DNA from: Chloroflexota bacterium
GTDB taxonomy: Bacteria > Chloroflexota > Dehalococcoidia > UBA2979
Assembly (NCBI GenBank): GCA_027593235.1
Contig: JAQCIU010000004.1
Coordinates: 64,001 to 128,000, forward strand
Direction of reading: 5' to 3'
DNA: 64,000 nt
The position numbers and the translations under genes were made by a program. The notes beneath the pieces were generated by a model. It was not told where the DNA came from. It saw only the letters and a list, made by a program, of their open reading frames with translations, and did no database searches. Positions 27,757-37,094 of this stretch are shown here, one piece after another. Every line of letters starts with the position of its first letter. The stretch's first letter is position 1.

Positions 27757-28438
27757 CGTCGGTCAGCGCCTCCCGCAGCTTGCGCATCCCCAAGCGGATG
27801 CGCGTCTTGATTGTTCCCAGCGGATCCCCGGTGCGTTCAGCGATCTCGGTCTGGGTGAGCCCGCCGAAATAGGCGAGTTCGATGACGAGTCGCTGCGCCT
27901 CTGGCAGATCGAGCATCGCCGCGTAGATACGGCGCCGATCGTCCGCGAGAACCGCCTCGTGAGCTGGATCGTCACCTCGTCCTTCGGCCGGCAGGCGAAG
28001 CACGGGATCCTCATCTTGATCCTCGGCACGTCGCCGGCGGCTCATCCGCCGTTGCTCGTCCAGCGCGCGGTTGCGCGAGACGGAGCTGATCCAGCTAATA
28101 AACCGGCCGCGAGACGGATCGAACGAGGCTGGCTGTCGCCAGATGCGCAGGAACACCTCTTGCGTCACGTCTTCGGCGAGTGCGTGGTCGTGCAGCACGC
28201 GGAGTGCCACCGAAAACACGAGCGCCGAATAACGGTCGTAGAGCTGTTCGAGCGCTCCTACCTCGTCCGTGGCGAGCGCGGCCACAAGGACCGCGTCTTC
28301 TTCCGCCCGCTGCAGGCGATCTTCGGCTGTCTTACTCGGTACGTGCGCCAGCGGTCGCCGGATCTTGGCGAGGTCGGGGAGGGCTGGAGTCTCAGTGGGG
28401 AAGACGATTGGGTTTGCACCCGTCCTGGGCTCATTCAC
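27710..28438 (-). CDS. ECF sigma-70 factor (SigK-like)
   Basis: LYDRY, AEDVTQEVF, FDPSRG, LAYFGGLTQTEIA and PLGTIKTRIR motifs; GGAGG before GTG at 28438. Confidence 0.92.
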   Translation of the reverse strand: MNEPRTGANPIVFPTETPALPDLAKIRRPLAHVPSKTAEDRLQRAEEDAVLVAALATDEVGALEQLYDRYSALVFSVALRVLHDHALAEDVTQEVFLRIWRQPASFDPSRGRFISWISSVSRNRALDEQRRMSRRRRAEDQDEDPVLRLPAEGRGDDPAHEAVLADDRRRIYAAMLDLPEAQRLVIELAYFGGLTQTEIAERTGDPLGTIKTRIRLGMRKLREALTDDVEQRPGGSDDSGGA

Positions 28439-28564
28439 CAGGCGCCTCCAATGAGGCGGGAAGCGGTTGCAAAGTGTGTACCTGCCACAAGGGAGGACAT
28501 CGTGCAGTGATTCACAGCACGTTCCGGCCACAAGCCGGGCACAAGGATGTGGGGAGCGTGACGG

Positions 28565-29398
28565 TCACACCGCCTGCCCGGTGCTGAAGAGCAGGCCACG
28601 GGCAAGCACTTCGCCGGCGAGCAGCGCGCCGAGGGCGATGTAGAGCAGACCGGTGGCCGACATCATTCCGCGGATGGTCGCGGTTCGCCAGGCGAGCCAG
28701 GCGAGGACGGCGGGGAAGATCAGGCCGACGAGGACCCGCAGCCAGAACGCCGGGTTTCCACCAAGGCCGACCCCGATCGCGCTCTCCGAGAGCGGTACCT
28801 CGCGAGGCGAGATGGCGACCGCGAGGATCACGAACACCGCCTGAACGAAGACCGCGGCGAAGACGAAGAGCGACATCTGCTCCATCGGTTCCTTCGGCAA
28901 GCGACCGGAGGTGAGGTACCAGTGACCCCACATCATCGCCATCAATGCTCCGCCGAGCAGGAGCGCCGCAGCAAGCATGCTGCCGACGACCCCCCAGGCC
29001 GACCACGCGGGAGGAGCAACGAGCGCACCGATCGCGACGAGCGCGGCCGTTCCGACGACGGCGCCGACCGCGCCGAGCCGCACGCCGAGTTGCTGTCGCT
29101 CCTGTAGCGCGGCGAACGTGTGCAGCGCGCTGACGACGACGAAGCCCGCGAGGGCGGCACGAGCCGGATTGAACCAGGCGTCACTGAGCGCGTAGCCGCC
29201 GATATCGTCCTGGCGTCCGATGGTCGCGAACGTCCAACCGGCGAGGATCGCCAGCGGCGCGACCGTGAGCGCGCCGGCTTTCACGTAGCCACGCGTGACC
29301 TGACCGCGGGCGTCGACGACAGTGAGCACGGCAAGGCCGCCCACCGCCAGTTCGGCGAGGAGGATGAGGACGGTGTACGGCAACGAAGAGGCGTTCAC
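28565..29398 (-). CDS. Polytopic membrane protein (about 8 TM) with AMxxGHWYL motif
   Basis: Multiple hydrophobic helices; AMMWGHWYL and SATGLLY motifs. Confidence 0.65.
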   Translation of the reverse strand: MNASSLPYTVLILLAELAVGGLAVLTVVDARGQVTRGYVKAGALTVAPLAILAGWTFATIGRQDDIGGYALSDAWFNPARAALAGFVVVSALHTFAALQERQQLGVRLGAVGAVVGTAALVAIGALVAPPAWSAWGVVGSMLAAALLLGGALMAMMWGHWYLTSGRLPKEPMEQMSLFVFAAVFVQAVFVILAVAISPREVPLSESAIGVGLGGNPAFWLRVLVGLIFPAVLAWLAWRTATIRGMMSATGLLYIALGALLAGEVLARGLLFSTGQAV

Positions 29399-29431
29399 GT
29401 CACCGGATCGTGGGCCTCGATGATCGAACGA

Positions 29432-30070
29432 TCAACGTGGCTGCTGATCGGAGACGATCCGGCCGAGGCGTTTCCAGTCCTCGATCTGTCGATCCCAGCT
29501 CCGGCGGCCCTGTGTTCGCGGGCTCGGATGGACCAACGGGACGAGCGTGCGCCCGGCCCACGGCCGAGGTTCACCCGCCTCCTCCGAGACGCGGGTCACG
29601 CCGTGTGGGGCGGCGCGTGCCAGCGCTGCGAGCGCGATCCCGCCGAGCGCGGCGACCACCGGCGCGGCGACGAGGTCCAGCGTGGCGGCGAGGAACGGAC
29701 CGCATTCGGCCAGCTCGCTGGTGCGCGGGCGGCGGTTGCGTGCCGCGTCCGCTTCGCCGGCCAGCGGGTTACAGAGGACCGCGTTCGTGATGAAGACCTC
29801 GGCGCGAGTGAGGCCGGCGGCGGCGAGCAAGACGCCGAGGCGCGCTCCGGATCGGTCGCCCTCGAAGGGCACGCCCGTCCGCGCGGCGCCGAGGCGACCG
29901 GGCGCTTCACCCACGATCAGCAGGCGAGCCTGGAGCGGACCGTTGGCTGGTCCGAGGACGTGCGAGTAGGCCATCCCCTGACAGGCGTGACAGGCACCGA
30001 CCGCAGCCTGGAGGCTTCGGAAGGCGGCGGGCGCTGGCGGTAGTGGTCCGATGCTGCGGTTCGTTGACAG
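29432..30070 (-). CDS. Uracil-DNA glycosylase, family 4/5 ([4Fe-4S])
   Basis: GEAPG, TNAVLC, EC and HPSP motifs. In-frame CHAC lies upstream of ATG 29974, so the start is probably CTG at 30070. Confidence 0.85.
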   Translation of the reverse strand: MSTNRSIGPLPPAPAAFRSLQAAVGACHACQGMAYSHVLGPANGPLQARLLIVGEAPGRLGAARTGVPFEGDRSGARLGVLLAAAGLTRAEVFITNAVLCNPLAGEADAARNRRPRTSELAECGPFLAATLDLVAAPVVAALGGIALAALARAAPHGVTRVSEEAGEPRPWAGRTLVPLVHPSPRTQGRRSWDRQIEDWKRLGRIVSDQQPR

Positions 30071-30099
30071 GTCCCTTCCACAAGCCGACCATCGCGAAC

Positions 30100-30603
30100 A
30101 TGCCCCAGTACGTCTCCGCCCGCTACAGCGAGCAACCTCGGTACCTACGCAAGACGCTGCGTGAGGTCGCGCACCGCATCGAGGAACTGGCGGTCGAGCT
30201 GACGGAGGATGAGGCGCGCGAGCACATCCCGGAGGACGACTGGTCGGTCGTGGAACTGGCGGGCTTCCTCCGCGACAGCGAGCGCGAAGATCTGCGGGCT
30301 ATCAACTCGATGGTGATGCGCGACGGCGCCCGGATCGATGAGCGCCGCGCGCAGTACGGTCCGGCCGAGAACAACTACCAGGCGAAACACCTGGACGAGC
30401 TGATCTGGTACTTCGCGACGATCCGCGAGGAAACGCTCTGGACGCTCAATGACATCGATGGGCTCTGGCACCGCACGGGCACGCACCCCTATCGAGGCAC
30501 GGTGACGCTGACCGAGTGGGTGCGCGAAATGAACGAACGCGATCTTGACGTGATGTGGCGAATCGGTCGGATCGTGGAGCGGCTGCGGGCGCATCGGCGC
30601 TAG
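30100..30603 (+). CDS. DinB-like four-helix-bundle protein
   Basis: WSVVELAGFLRDSE, R..T, G.HP and a D-x-D C-terminal helix; TTGACA-N17-GACCAT upstream. Confidence 0.75.
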   Translation: MPQYVSARYSEQPRYLRKTLREVAHRIEELAVELTEDEAREHIPEDDWSVVELAGFLRDSEREDLRAINSMVMRDGARIDERRAQYGPAENNYQAKHLDELIWYFATIREETLWTLNDIDGLWHRTGTHPYRGTVTLTEWVREMNERDLDVMWRIGRIVERLRAHRR

Positions 30604-30648
30604 CCCGCGCCGGTCATGGGCCCCAGTTCGCGACGCGCCCGGACCTCG

Positions 30649-32331
30649 TTAGCTGGCGGAGACCGCCCGTTCGATCGCCGGCAGGAGTTCGTCCGGCCGG
30701 GTGACCAGCGGTCCGTACTCGCCACCGACGAAGCAGAGCGCGCCGCCAATGTCGGCCGGCACGCCCAGCTGGCCGACCAACACATCATCGAACCGCGGGT
30801 TGAGGCGCTGCACGGTGTGGGCGGAGAGCGCCAGCCGAAGCGCCTGGGCATGCAGCGGGTCCGCGATAGCGTCGCGTTCGCCCGGGGGAGCGAAGGCAAT
30901 GATCTTCACCTCCGGTTCGAGCGAGAGGAGGCGGTCGACGACGCGCGCCACCGCGCACGCGGATTCGAGGTCGGCGCTGCCGAAGGCAGCGACGGCCCCG
31001 CGAAGGATCGAGTAGGCGGTGTCCATGTAGCGATCGTCGTGCGTGAGGTGGGTGAGGCGGATCAGTAACTCCGCCGCTTCCGCGTTGTCGAACAGCGAGA
31101 CGCGCGGCTCCTCTAACTGTCCGTAACCGCGCTGACCGAGATCGATGTCGGCGAGCGGGCCATCGGAAATCTGGAACTGGCGGCTCAGCAGGCGCGCGAC
31201 GGTCTGCGCGTGATGCAGGTAGTCGACCGACCCGGTCGCCTCGTAGGTATCGAGCAGCGCCTGGCCGGTGAGCACCTGATCGGCGAGCAGGCCGAGGGTG
31301 CGCGGGACGCCGTCCCAGACGTGGTAGAACCCGGCCTCACCGGCGCGCATCCGGCGGATCAGGAAGTCGACGCCGGTCTGGCCGCGGCTGCGCCAGTCCG
31401 AGCGGTCGAAGACGACACCGCAGGCGAGCAGGCCGCGCGCGAGCAAGGCATTCGCGGAGGCGAGCACCTGATCGCTCTCGGCGCTGTAGGCGAAGCCGCC
31501 GCTGGAGTTGCGTAGCTCAGCCTCGACGAACTCGATGGTGCGGGTAACCGCCTCCAACGCCCACTCGTGCGCGTCACTGTCCTCGGAGGCGATGCGAGCG
31601 AGCACGGAGAGCCAGCGGCCTTGATCGGCCGCCGGGCGTTCCGCGCAGTCCGCGCCGGGATCAACGCAACGGCGGAAGCCGCCCGCTTCGCGATCGAACC
31701 CGCCGCCATCGACGCGTCGCTGGATCGCCACGCGGGCGCGTCGCTCGGATTCGAGGTCGGCGCGGCGGCGATGTGCGTAGAGCCAGAGGCGGATCCGTTC
31801 CGGGCCCGCCAGATCCTCGGCAGTGGCGGCACGATCGAGGGCGATGTCGAGCACGCTGGGCGTGAGGTCGCCCCGACGGATCGGGCGCGTCGCCAATCGC
31901 AGTACGCGCTCCGCCTCGAGTTCGGCGAGCACCGCGTCGCGCTCGTCACGCCAGCGGGCCAGCCAGGTTTCGATGACCTCGACAAGTTCGCCGGACGAGG
32001 TGTCGCGGAACTGGGCGAGGAGTTCACCGCCGGGGCTGAGCAAGGCGAGCGTCGCGCCGCTGGGGTCGCCGTAGCGCAGGGCGAGGTCGGGGCGCAGATC
32101 TGGCTCGACGCGGATCGGCGTGACCGCGCGCGGGATCAGCCGCGCGAGTCGCGGATCGGCAAGCGAGCCTCGCGCGAGCACATCCAGATCGCGGTGCGAC
32201 GGGGGCGCGACGAGCAATAGCCGGAGCTGATCGGCCGTCGCGCGATCCTCGAAGAGGTCATCGTCCCACTCAAGCCACGCGATATCCGTAACGCGGTTGA
32301 GCGGTGACGTACCGAAGGGTGTTGATTCCAT
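30649..32331 (-). CDS. YyaL/SPATA20-like (DUF255 plus alpha-toroid) protein with degenerate thioredoxin motif
   Basis: IAWLEW, PIRVEPDLRPDLALRY, GGFDREAGGFRR, GGFAYS and GLLADQ motifs; no CHWC. Confidence 0.75.
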   Translation of the reverse strand: MESTPFGTSPLNRVTDIAWLEWDDDLFEDRATADQLRLLLVAPPSHRDLDVLARGSLADPRLARLIPRAVTPIRVEPDLRPDLALRYGDPSGATLALLSPGGELLAQFRDTSSGELVEVIETWLARWRDERDAVLAELEAERVLRLATRPIRRGDLTPSVLDIALDRAATAEDLAGPERIRLWLYAHRRRADLESERRARVAIQRRVDGGGFDREAGGFRRCVDPGADCAERPAADQGRWLSVLARIASEDSDAHEWALEAVTRTIEFVEAELRNSSGGFAYSAESDQVLASANALLARGLLACGVVFDRSDWRSRGQTGVDFLIRRMRAGEAGFYHVWDGVPRTLGLLADQVLTGQALLDTYEATGSVDYLHHAQTVARLLSRQFQISDGPLADIDLGQRGYGQLEEPRVSLFDNAEAAELLIRLTHLTHDDRYMDTAYSILRGAVAAFGSADLESACAVARVVDRLLSLEPEVKIIAFAPPGERDAIADPLHAQALRLALSAHTVQRLNPRFDDVLVGQLGVPADIGGALCFVGGEYGPLVTRPDELLPAIERAVSAS

Positions 32332-32332
32332 A

Positions 32333-32366
32333 TCGCGACCTCCCTGCGATCGTATCGAGGTCGCGA
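32333..32366. promoter_or_regulatory. 10-bp perfect inverted repeat covering the RBS and -10 of the yyaL-like gene
   Basis: TCGCGACCTC-N14-GAGGTCGCGA directly upstream of the ATG at 32331. Confidence 0.5.
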
Positions 32367-32417
32367 GCTAAACGGGGCAGGGGTCTCCCCCAACCCGAGA
32401 AGTGTCACGATCGGCGA

Positions 32418-32834
32418 CTAGCGGGCCTCACGATCGCGGGCGGCGAGCAGCAGCATCCCGCCCGCGGCGATCAGTAGCAGCGGCCACGCGGCGCGAGCCG
32501 CCCCAAAGCCGACGAAGCGCATCAGCGCGAATTGGTTGGCGAGGAAGAGCAAGCCGAGCCCGACGAGCATGATTCCGAAGATCAGGGCGGGGTCCACGTG
32601 ACCACCTGACGCTGACGTGCGCCCCTCGCCGGGCGCCGCTTCCGGCATCAGCAGCCAGAGGACGACGTAGACCAGCAGCCAGGTGATCCCGGCGCCGAGG
32701 ATCAAGAGGACGACGAAGGCAAACCGGACGATCGTCGGATCGATATCGACGTAGTCGGCAATGCCACCGGCGACGCCGGCAATCATGCGGTCGTCGCCGC
32801 GCCGGAGCCGGCGCCTGCTGCTGTCCTCGGCCAT
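32418..32834 (-). CDS. PspC-domain membrane protein with LiaF/DUF5668-like helices
   Basis: DRMIAGVAGGIADY..IDPTIVR, Y..LWLLMP and WPLLLI motifs. Confidence 0.88.
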   Translation of the reverse strand: MAEDSSRRRLRRGDDRMIAGVAGGIADYVDIDPTIVRFAFVVLLILGAGITWLLVYVVLWLLMPEAAPGEGRTSASGGHVDPALIFGIMLVGLGLLFLANQFALMRFVGFGAARAAWPLLLIAAGGMLLLAARDREAR

Positions 32835-32850
32835 TGTGCTGCCCTCGGCG

Positions 32851-33294
32851 CTAGGTACGTTCGGCGAGGAGTCGCTCGATCTGTTGGTAATCCTCGTCGG
32901 AGATTTTGTGGAGGTTCCCGCGAAACGCCATGCCGAGCTTCTTCGGGCCGAGCTTGCGGGTCTTGTCGAGGAGGTCGGTGATCTCGCGGACGTCGACGTA
33001 GTTGCCGGCATCGGGGATGACGACCGGTTTCGTGTCGATGCGGAACGGATAGTCCTCGCCGGGCTTCCCCTCGGAGCGGAGGCCGATGTCGGAGATGTCC
33101 TCGAACATCTCGCCCGTCACCTCGACGATGCCGCCGAAGAGGACTTCCTTGGTCAGGTAGTAGACGATCCGGTCGCCGGGCTTCATCTCGCCGGACTGCT
33201 TGCGACGGGACGCCTTGAAAGCACACACATCGAACTTGCGTTTGCGGAGGACCTCGAAATTATCGGGGGAGCCCACGGTGATCCATGCCTGCAT
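32851..33294 (-). CDS. EVE domain protein
   Basis: W....NF, MKPGDRIVYY, YPFRI and ISDEDY motifs. Confidence 0.85.
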   Translation of the reverse strand: MQAWITVGSPDNFEVLRKRKFDVCAFKASRRKQSGEMKPGDRIVYYLTKEVLFGGIVEVTGEMFEDISDIGLRSEGKPGEDYPFRIDTKPVVIPDAGNYVDVREITDLLDKTRKLGPKKLGMAFRGNLHKISDEDYQQIERLLAERT

Positions 33295-33378
33295 CGCTGG
33301 TCCTTCCTGCTGACACGTTCGGGTCAGTGACCGCCACCAGAATAGGCAAGTGAGGCGAGCCGGTGGGGATGGGTACGA

Positions 33379-33404
33379 AGAAGCCCCGCACTCGCGGGGC
33401 TTCT
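33379..33404. terminator. Hairpin terminator downstream of iscA
   Basis: AGAAGCCCCGC-actc-GCGGGGCTTCT. Confidence 0.7.
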
Positions 33405-33473
33405 GGTTAGTCAATCAACGGAACCTGCGAGTCCCGACAGCGGCCCTCTCGGGGCGCATTCTCCGTCGGCCCT

Positions 33474-33917
33474 CTAGCAGGGCCGGGGCGTGCCCTCGTG
33501 CCCGCTTGCCTGGAAGGACGAGCCGCAGGCGCACGAGGAGACGGCGTTGGGGTTGTAGATGGTGAAGCCGGACTTCATCAGGTCCTCGACGAAGTCAATT
33601 TCGGCGCCAGCGATCATCGGCACCGAGTCGGCGTCAACGACGATGCGCGCGCCACTCTCCGCGACGATGACGGTGTCGCCCTCGTCAGCTGTTTCGGCGA
33701 TCGCCATGCCGTACTGGAAGCCGGAGCAGCCGCCGCCGACGACGAAGACGCGGAGCAGGCCCTCGGCGTGGCCCTTGTCCGCCAGGAGCGAACTCGCCTT
33801 TGCGGAGGCGCGATCCGTGATCGTGACCAGCGGACCGGTGAAGGTCGGCTGTGCAGAAACTTCGTTTCCGGCGGCAGCGAGGGTCGCGCCCATACCGGGC
33901 AGCAGTCCACCTGACAT
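33474..33917 (-). CDS. iscA: A-type Fe-S carrier (IscA/ErpA/HesB)
   Basis: GGGCSGFQY and NPNAVSSCACGSSF motifs. Confidence 0.92.
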   Translation of the reverse strand: MSGGLLPGMGATLAAAGNEVSAQPTFTGPLVTITDRASAKASSLLADKGHAEGLLRVFVVGGGCSGFQYGMAIAETADEGDTVIVAESGARIVVDADSVPMIAGAEIDFVEDLMKSGFTIYNPNAVSSCACGSSFQASGHEGTPRPC

Positions 33918-33959
33918 CGTTACCTCCGAGATTGTGGCGCCACGTAGCCGCGGCGCTGC

Positions 33960-34676
33960 TTACGAATGATATTCGGCTGCCGGAGCCACGTCCACGAACG
34001 GTCGCTCCTCGGCGGGGGCGTGCACGCGGAAGGCACACAGGAATTCGTGGGGCACCTCGCCGGGTGGCAACGTCGTGACCGGCACGCCGAGCAGCCGTTC
34101 GAGGAGTTCGCGGTCGTGGTCGACGCCGTCAGCGCCGGGGGATCCGTGGCCGATTCGGGCACAGAGGCCGCGGCCCAGCAGGCGGAGTTCGCCGTTGGTT
34201 CGATCCACTTCGAAGTCGAGGCCCTCGTCCTCGAGCAGGGTGAGCGCCGAGGCGATGCGGTCCTCGATCGTGACGCCGCTGACGCGGGGGCCGTACTCGA
34301 GCAGCAGGCGTTCGCACATCTTGCCGACGACCAACTCGGCGAGCTGGCCGCCGTTGCGGCCGGTGGTTTCGGCGGGGGTGAGCGCGACGATCTCCTCGAG
34401 GAGCCGGTGGGTGATGCGGACGTAGTGGTGCGGGAACAGCTCCCCGCCTCGCTCGGTGAGCGAGAAGATGTGGCGCGGGCGGCCGGTGCCACCGCGGACC
34501 TGGCTCACGGAGACGTAGTTGTCGCGAAGCAGTACATCGAGGTGACGACGCACCGTTGCGCCGGCGAGCTCGAGTTCGCCAGCGAGGTCGTCGACCGATG
34601 CGCCCTCGGAGCGCCTCAGGATGTTGAGGATCTGCTCGCGGGTGCCTTCGATGCGTCCGTTGCCGTTTCGTGTCAT
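33960..34676 (-). CDS. Second SufR-like HTH regulator
   Basis: TREQIL, TVRRHL, GRPRHIFSLT and FPHHY motifs; two C-terminal Cys. Confidence 0.82.
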   Translation of the reverse strand: MTRNGNGRIEGTREQILNILRRSEGASVDDLAGELELAGATVRRHLDVLLRDNYVSVSQVRGGTGRPRHIFSLTERGGELFPHHYVRITHRLLEEIVALTPAETTGRNGGQLAELVVGKMCERLLLEYGPRVSGVTIEDRIASALTLLEDEGLDFEVDRTNGELRLLGRGLCARIGHGSPGADGVDHDRELLERLLGVPVTTLPPGEVPHEFLCAFRVHAPAEERPFVDVAPAAEYHS

Positions 34677-34704
34677 CACGACCGAGCGTAGGACAGCTTT
34701 TTCA

Positions 34705-34732
34705 CCTTTGCCAGTTCTAAAGATGGCAAAGG
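34705..34732. promoter_or_regulatory. Palindromic candidate operator
   Basis: CCTTTGCCA-N10-TGGCAAAGG, perfect 9-bp arms, between the regulator and the divergent iscS. Confidence 0.6.
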
Positions 34733-34893
34733 GCGCACGAATCGACGCTGACCGGTGCCGGACCCTTGAGCTGGGGAGCGATGAGCGCGCGCGGGATCGC
34801 GCAGCCCGACGCGGTGGCGCGGGGTGAGGCGAGGTGGTGCGAGGTGGTGCCGGGTGGCCGTGTCGCCGCGCCTCGTGCGCTACGATCGCGCGG

Positions 34894-36126
34894 ATGACCA
34901 CCCAGCGCTCCGCGGGCACTCGCGTCTATCTGGATCACGCGGCGACCACGCCGCCGGATCCGCGCGTCATCGAGGCGATGCTGCCCTACCTGACGGAGCA
35001 CTGGGCGAACCCGTCTTCGATTTATGTCGAGGCCCAGCAGACGCGCCGTGCGATCGACGACGCGCGCCGGACGGTGGCGGCGGCGGTGGGCGCCGACGCA
35101 TCCGAGATCATTTTCACCGCGGGTGGGTCGGAATCCGATTCGCTCGCGCTGCGTGGCGTGCTCGCGGCAAGCAGGCGTCGAGGACGGCACCTCATCATCT
35201 CCGCCGTCGAGCATCACGCCGTCCTCGATACCGCCGAGCAACTGGCGCGCGACGGCGAGGCGGAGCTGACGGTCCTCGACGTCGACCGCGAGGGCCGCGT
35301 CGACCCGGCCCCAGCAGCCGCGGCGGTGCGCGACGACACCGTGCTGGTGTCGGTGATGCACGCGAACAACGAGATCGGCACCGTCAACGACATCGCGGCG
35401 ATCGCGCGAGCAGTACACGAACGCAACCCCCGCACCGCTGTGCATACGGACGCGGTGCAGTCGGTCGCGCACCTCGGTGCGAACGTGGACCGCCTGGGGG
35501 TCGACCTGATGACCTTTACCGGGCACAAGCTCTACGGGCCGCGCGGCGCTGGCGCGCTCTACGTCCGATCCGGGACCCCGCTCGCTCCGCAGATCCTCGG
35601 CGGCAGACAGGAGGAGCGGCGGCGGGCGGGTACCGAGGACACACCGGCGATCGTCGGCTTCGCGCGGGCGATCGCAATCGCGAACGAGCAACGCGAGGCC
35701 GACCTCAGCCACGAGCGCGCACTCCAGGCGCGGTTGATCGCGGAGCTGCCGAAGCGGATCCCGCTGACCGGCATCACTGGTCCCGCCAACCTCGATGACC
35801 GTCTGCCGGGCAACGTCTCCGCGCTGATTGGCTTCGTCGAGGGCGAATCGATCCTGCTGGCGCTCGATCTCGCCGGCTTTGCCGCCTCCTCGGGATCGGC
35901 GTGCACCACGGGGTCGGTCGAGCCGAGCCACGTACTCGTCGCGGCCGGTGTGCCGAACGAGCTGGCGCGCGGGTCGCTGCGGTTCAGCCTGGGGCGCGGC
36001 AATACCGAGGAAGACGTGGAGCGGCTGCTGGACGCCCTGCCGCCGATCGTCGAGCGCTTACGCGCCCTCTCACCGATGCCAACCACCGAGGCGCCGGCGG
36101 ATTGGTTACCGTGGCTGAGCGCGTAG
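34894..36126 (+). CDS. iscS: Group I cysteine desulfurase (IscS/NifS)
   Basis: [23 protein letters not shown] and SSGSAC motifs. Confidence 0.93.
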   Translation: MTTQRSAGTRVYLDHAATTPPDPRVIEAMLPYLTEHWANPSSIYVEAQQTRRAIDDARRTVAAAVGADASEIIFTAGGSESDSLALRGVLAASRRRGRHLIISAVEHHAVLDTAEQLARDGEAELTVLDVDREGRVDPAPAAAAVRDDTVLVSVMHANNEIGTVNDIAAIARAVHERNPRTAVHTDAVQSVAHLGANVDRLGVDLMTFTGHKLYGPRGAGALYVRSGTPLAPQILGGRQEERRRAGTEDTPAIVGFARAIAIANEQREADLSHERALQARLIAELPKRIPLTGITGPANLDDRLPGNVSALIGFVEGESILLALDLAGFAASSGSACTTGSVEPSHVLVAAGVPNELARGSLRFSLGRGNTEEDVERLLDALPPIVERLRALSPMPTTEAPADWLPWLSA

Positions 36127-36226
36127 TTGCGCGCATCAGCGGCTCAGGCGCGCGCGACGCGTTTGCTCCTCAGATCAACCGCTCGCTAGGATTCGAGCGA
36201 TCGTCGCTCATTGGTCGGGGGAACGC

Positions 36227-36925
36227 GTGACCACGCACCAGCCAGACATAGCGATCCCGCACCCGCTGCTGGGTGGTCGGGATGAGGTCGGCGTCGACCT
36301 CGAGGAGGAGGTTCGGAAGAACGTCCTCGTCACCTCGGTCGACGGCATCCTGAACTGGGCGCGTTCGTCCTCGCTGTGGCCGGCGATGTTCGGCCTCGCG
36401 TGCTGCGCGATCGAGATGATCGCGAGCGCGACCTCGCGCTACGACATCGCGCGCTTCGGCTCCGAGGTCTTCCGCGCTTCGCCGCGGCAGGCAGACCTGA
36501 TGATCGTCGCCGGCACGGTGACCTGGAAGATGGCGCCGGTCCTCCGCCGCATCTACCTCCAGATGTCGGAGCCGCGCTGGGTTATCTCGATGGGCGGCTG
36601 CGCGATCATGGGCGGCCCCTTCGCCTTCGGGTACTCGGTGCTGCCGGGCGTAAACCTCGTGGTACCGGTCGACGTCTACGTCCCCGGCTGCCCGCCGCGA
36701 CCGGAGTCGCTGCTGCAGGGCCTGATGATGCTGCAGGACGAAATCCGAGACTTCGGCGTGACCAAGCAGCGGCGGCGCCCGGAGCCGGACGGCGACTTCT
36801 CCTCCTACCTGCCGGAAGGCGATCCGATTCGCCGCGAGCTCGAATCGCTGTGGCCGCCGTACCCGGGCCTCGATGACCCGAACCGCACATCGGGCGGCGT
36901 TCCGCTGCACGCGTTCCGCTCCTAG
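36227..36925 (+). CDS. nuoB: Stand-alone NADH-quinone oxidoreductase subunit B paralogue
   Basis: [23 protein letters not shown] and PGCPPRPE motifs. Confidence 0.9.
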   Translation: MTTHQPDIAIPHPLLGGRDEVGVDLEEEVRKNVLVTSVDGILNWARSSSLWPAMFGLACCAIEMIASATSRYDIARFGSEVFRASPRQADLMIVAGTVTWKMAPVLRRIYLQMSEPRWVISMGGCAIMGGPFAFGYSVLPGVNLVVPVDVYVPGCPPRPESLLQGLMMLQDEIRDFGVTKQRRRPEPDGDFSSYLPEGDPIRRELESLWPPYPGLDDPNRTSGGVPLHAFRS

Positions 36926-37094
36926 CTCGAACGCCACCCTTGAGGGGCGTCCGTCGCTCCCCCCGGTATCGCCGTGTTCGCTGCGCTGACCGATCGGTCG
37001 GGCCGAGGACTAGCACGCGGGTGGTAGCATTTGCCGCGTCCGGCGCCCGAGTGGCGTGGACAGCTATCCAGCCGACACCGACGAGGAGCATCGC

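Noticed and set aside
32851-33294. EVE domain as part of a modification-dependent restriction system
   Set aside because: Stand-alone EVE with no nuclease or ATPase neighbour, in a housekeeping context.
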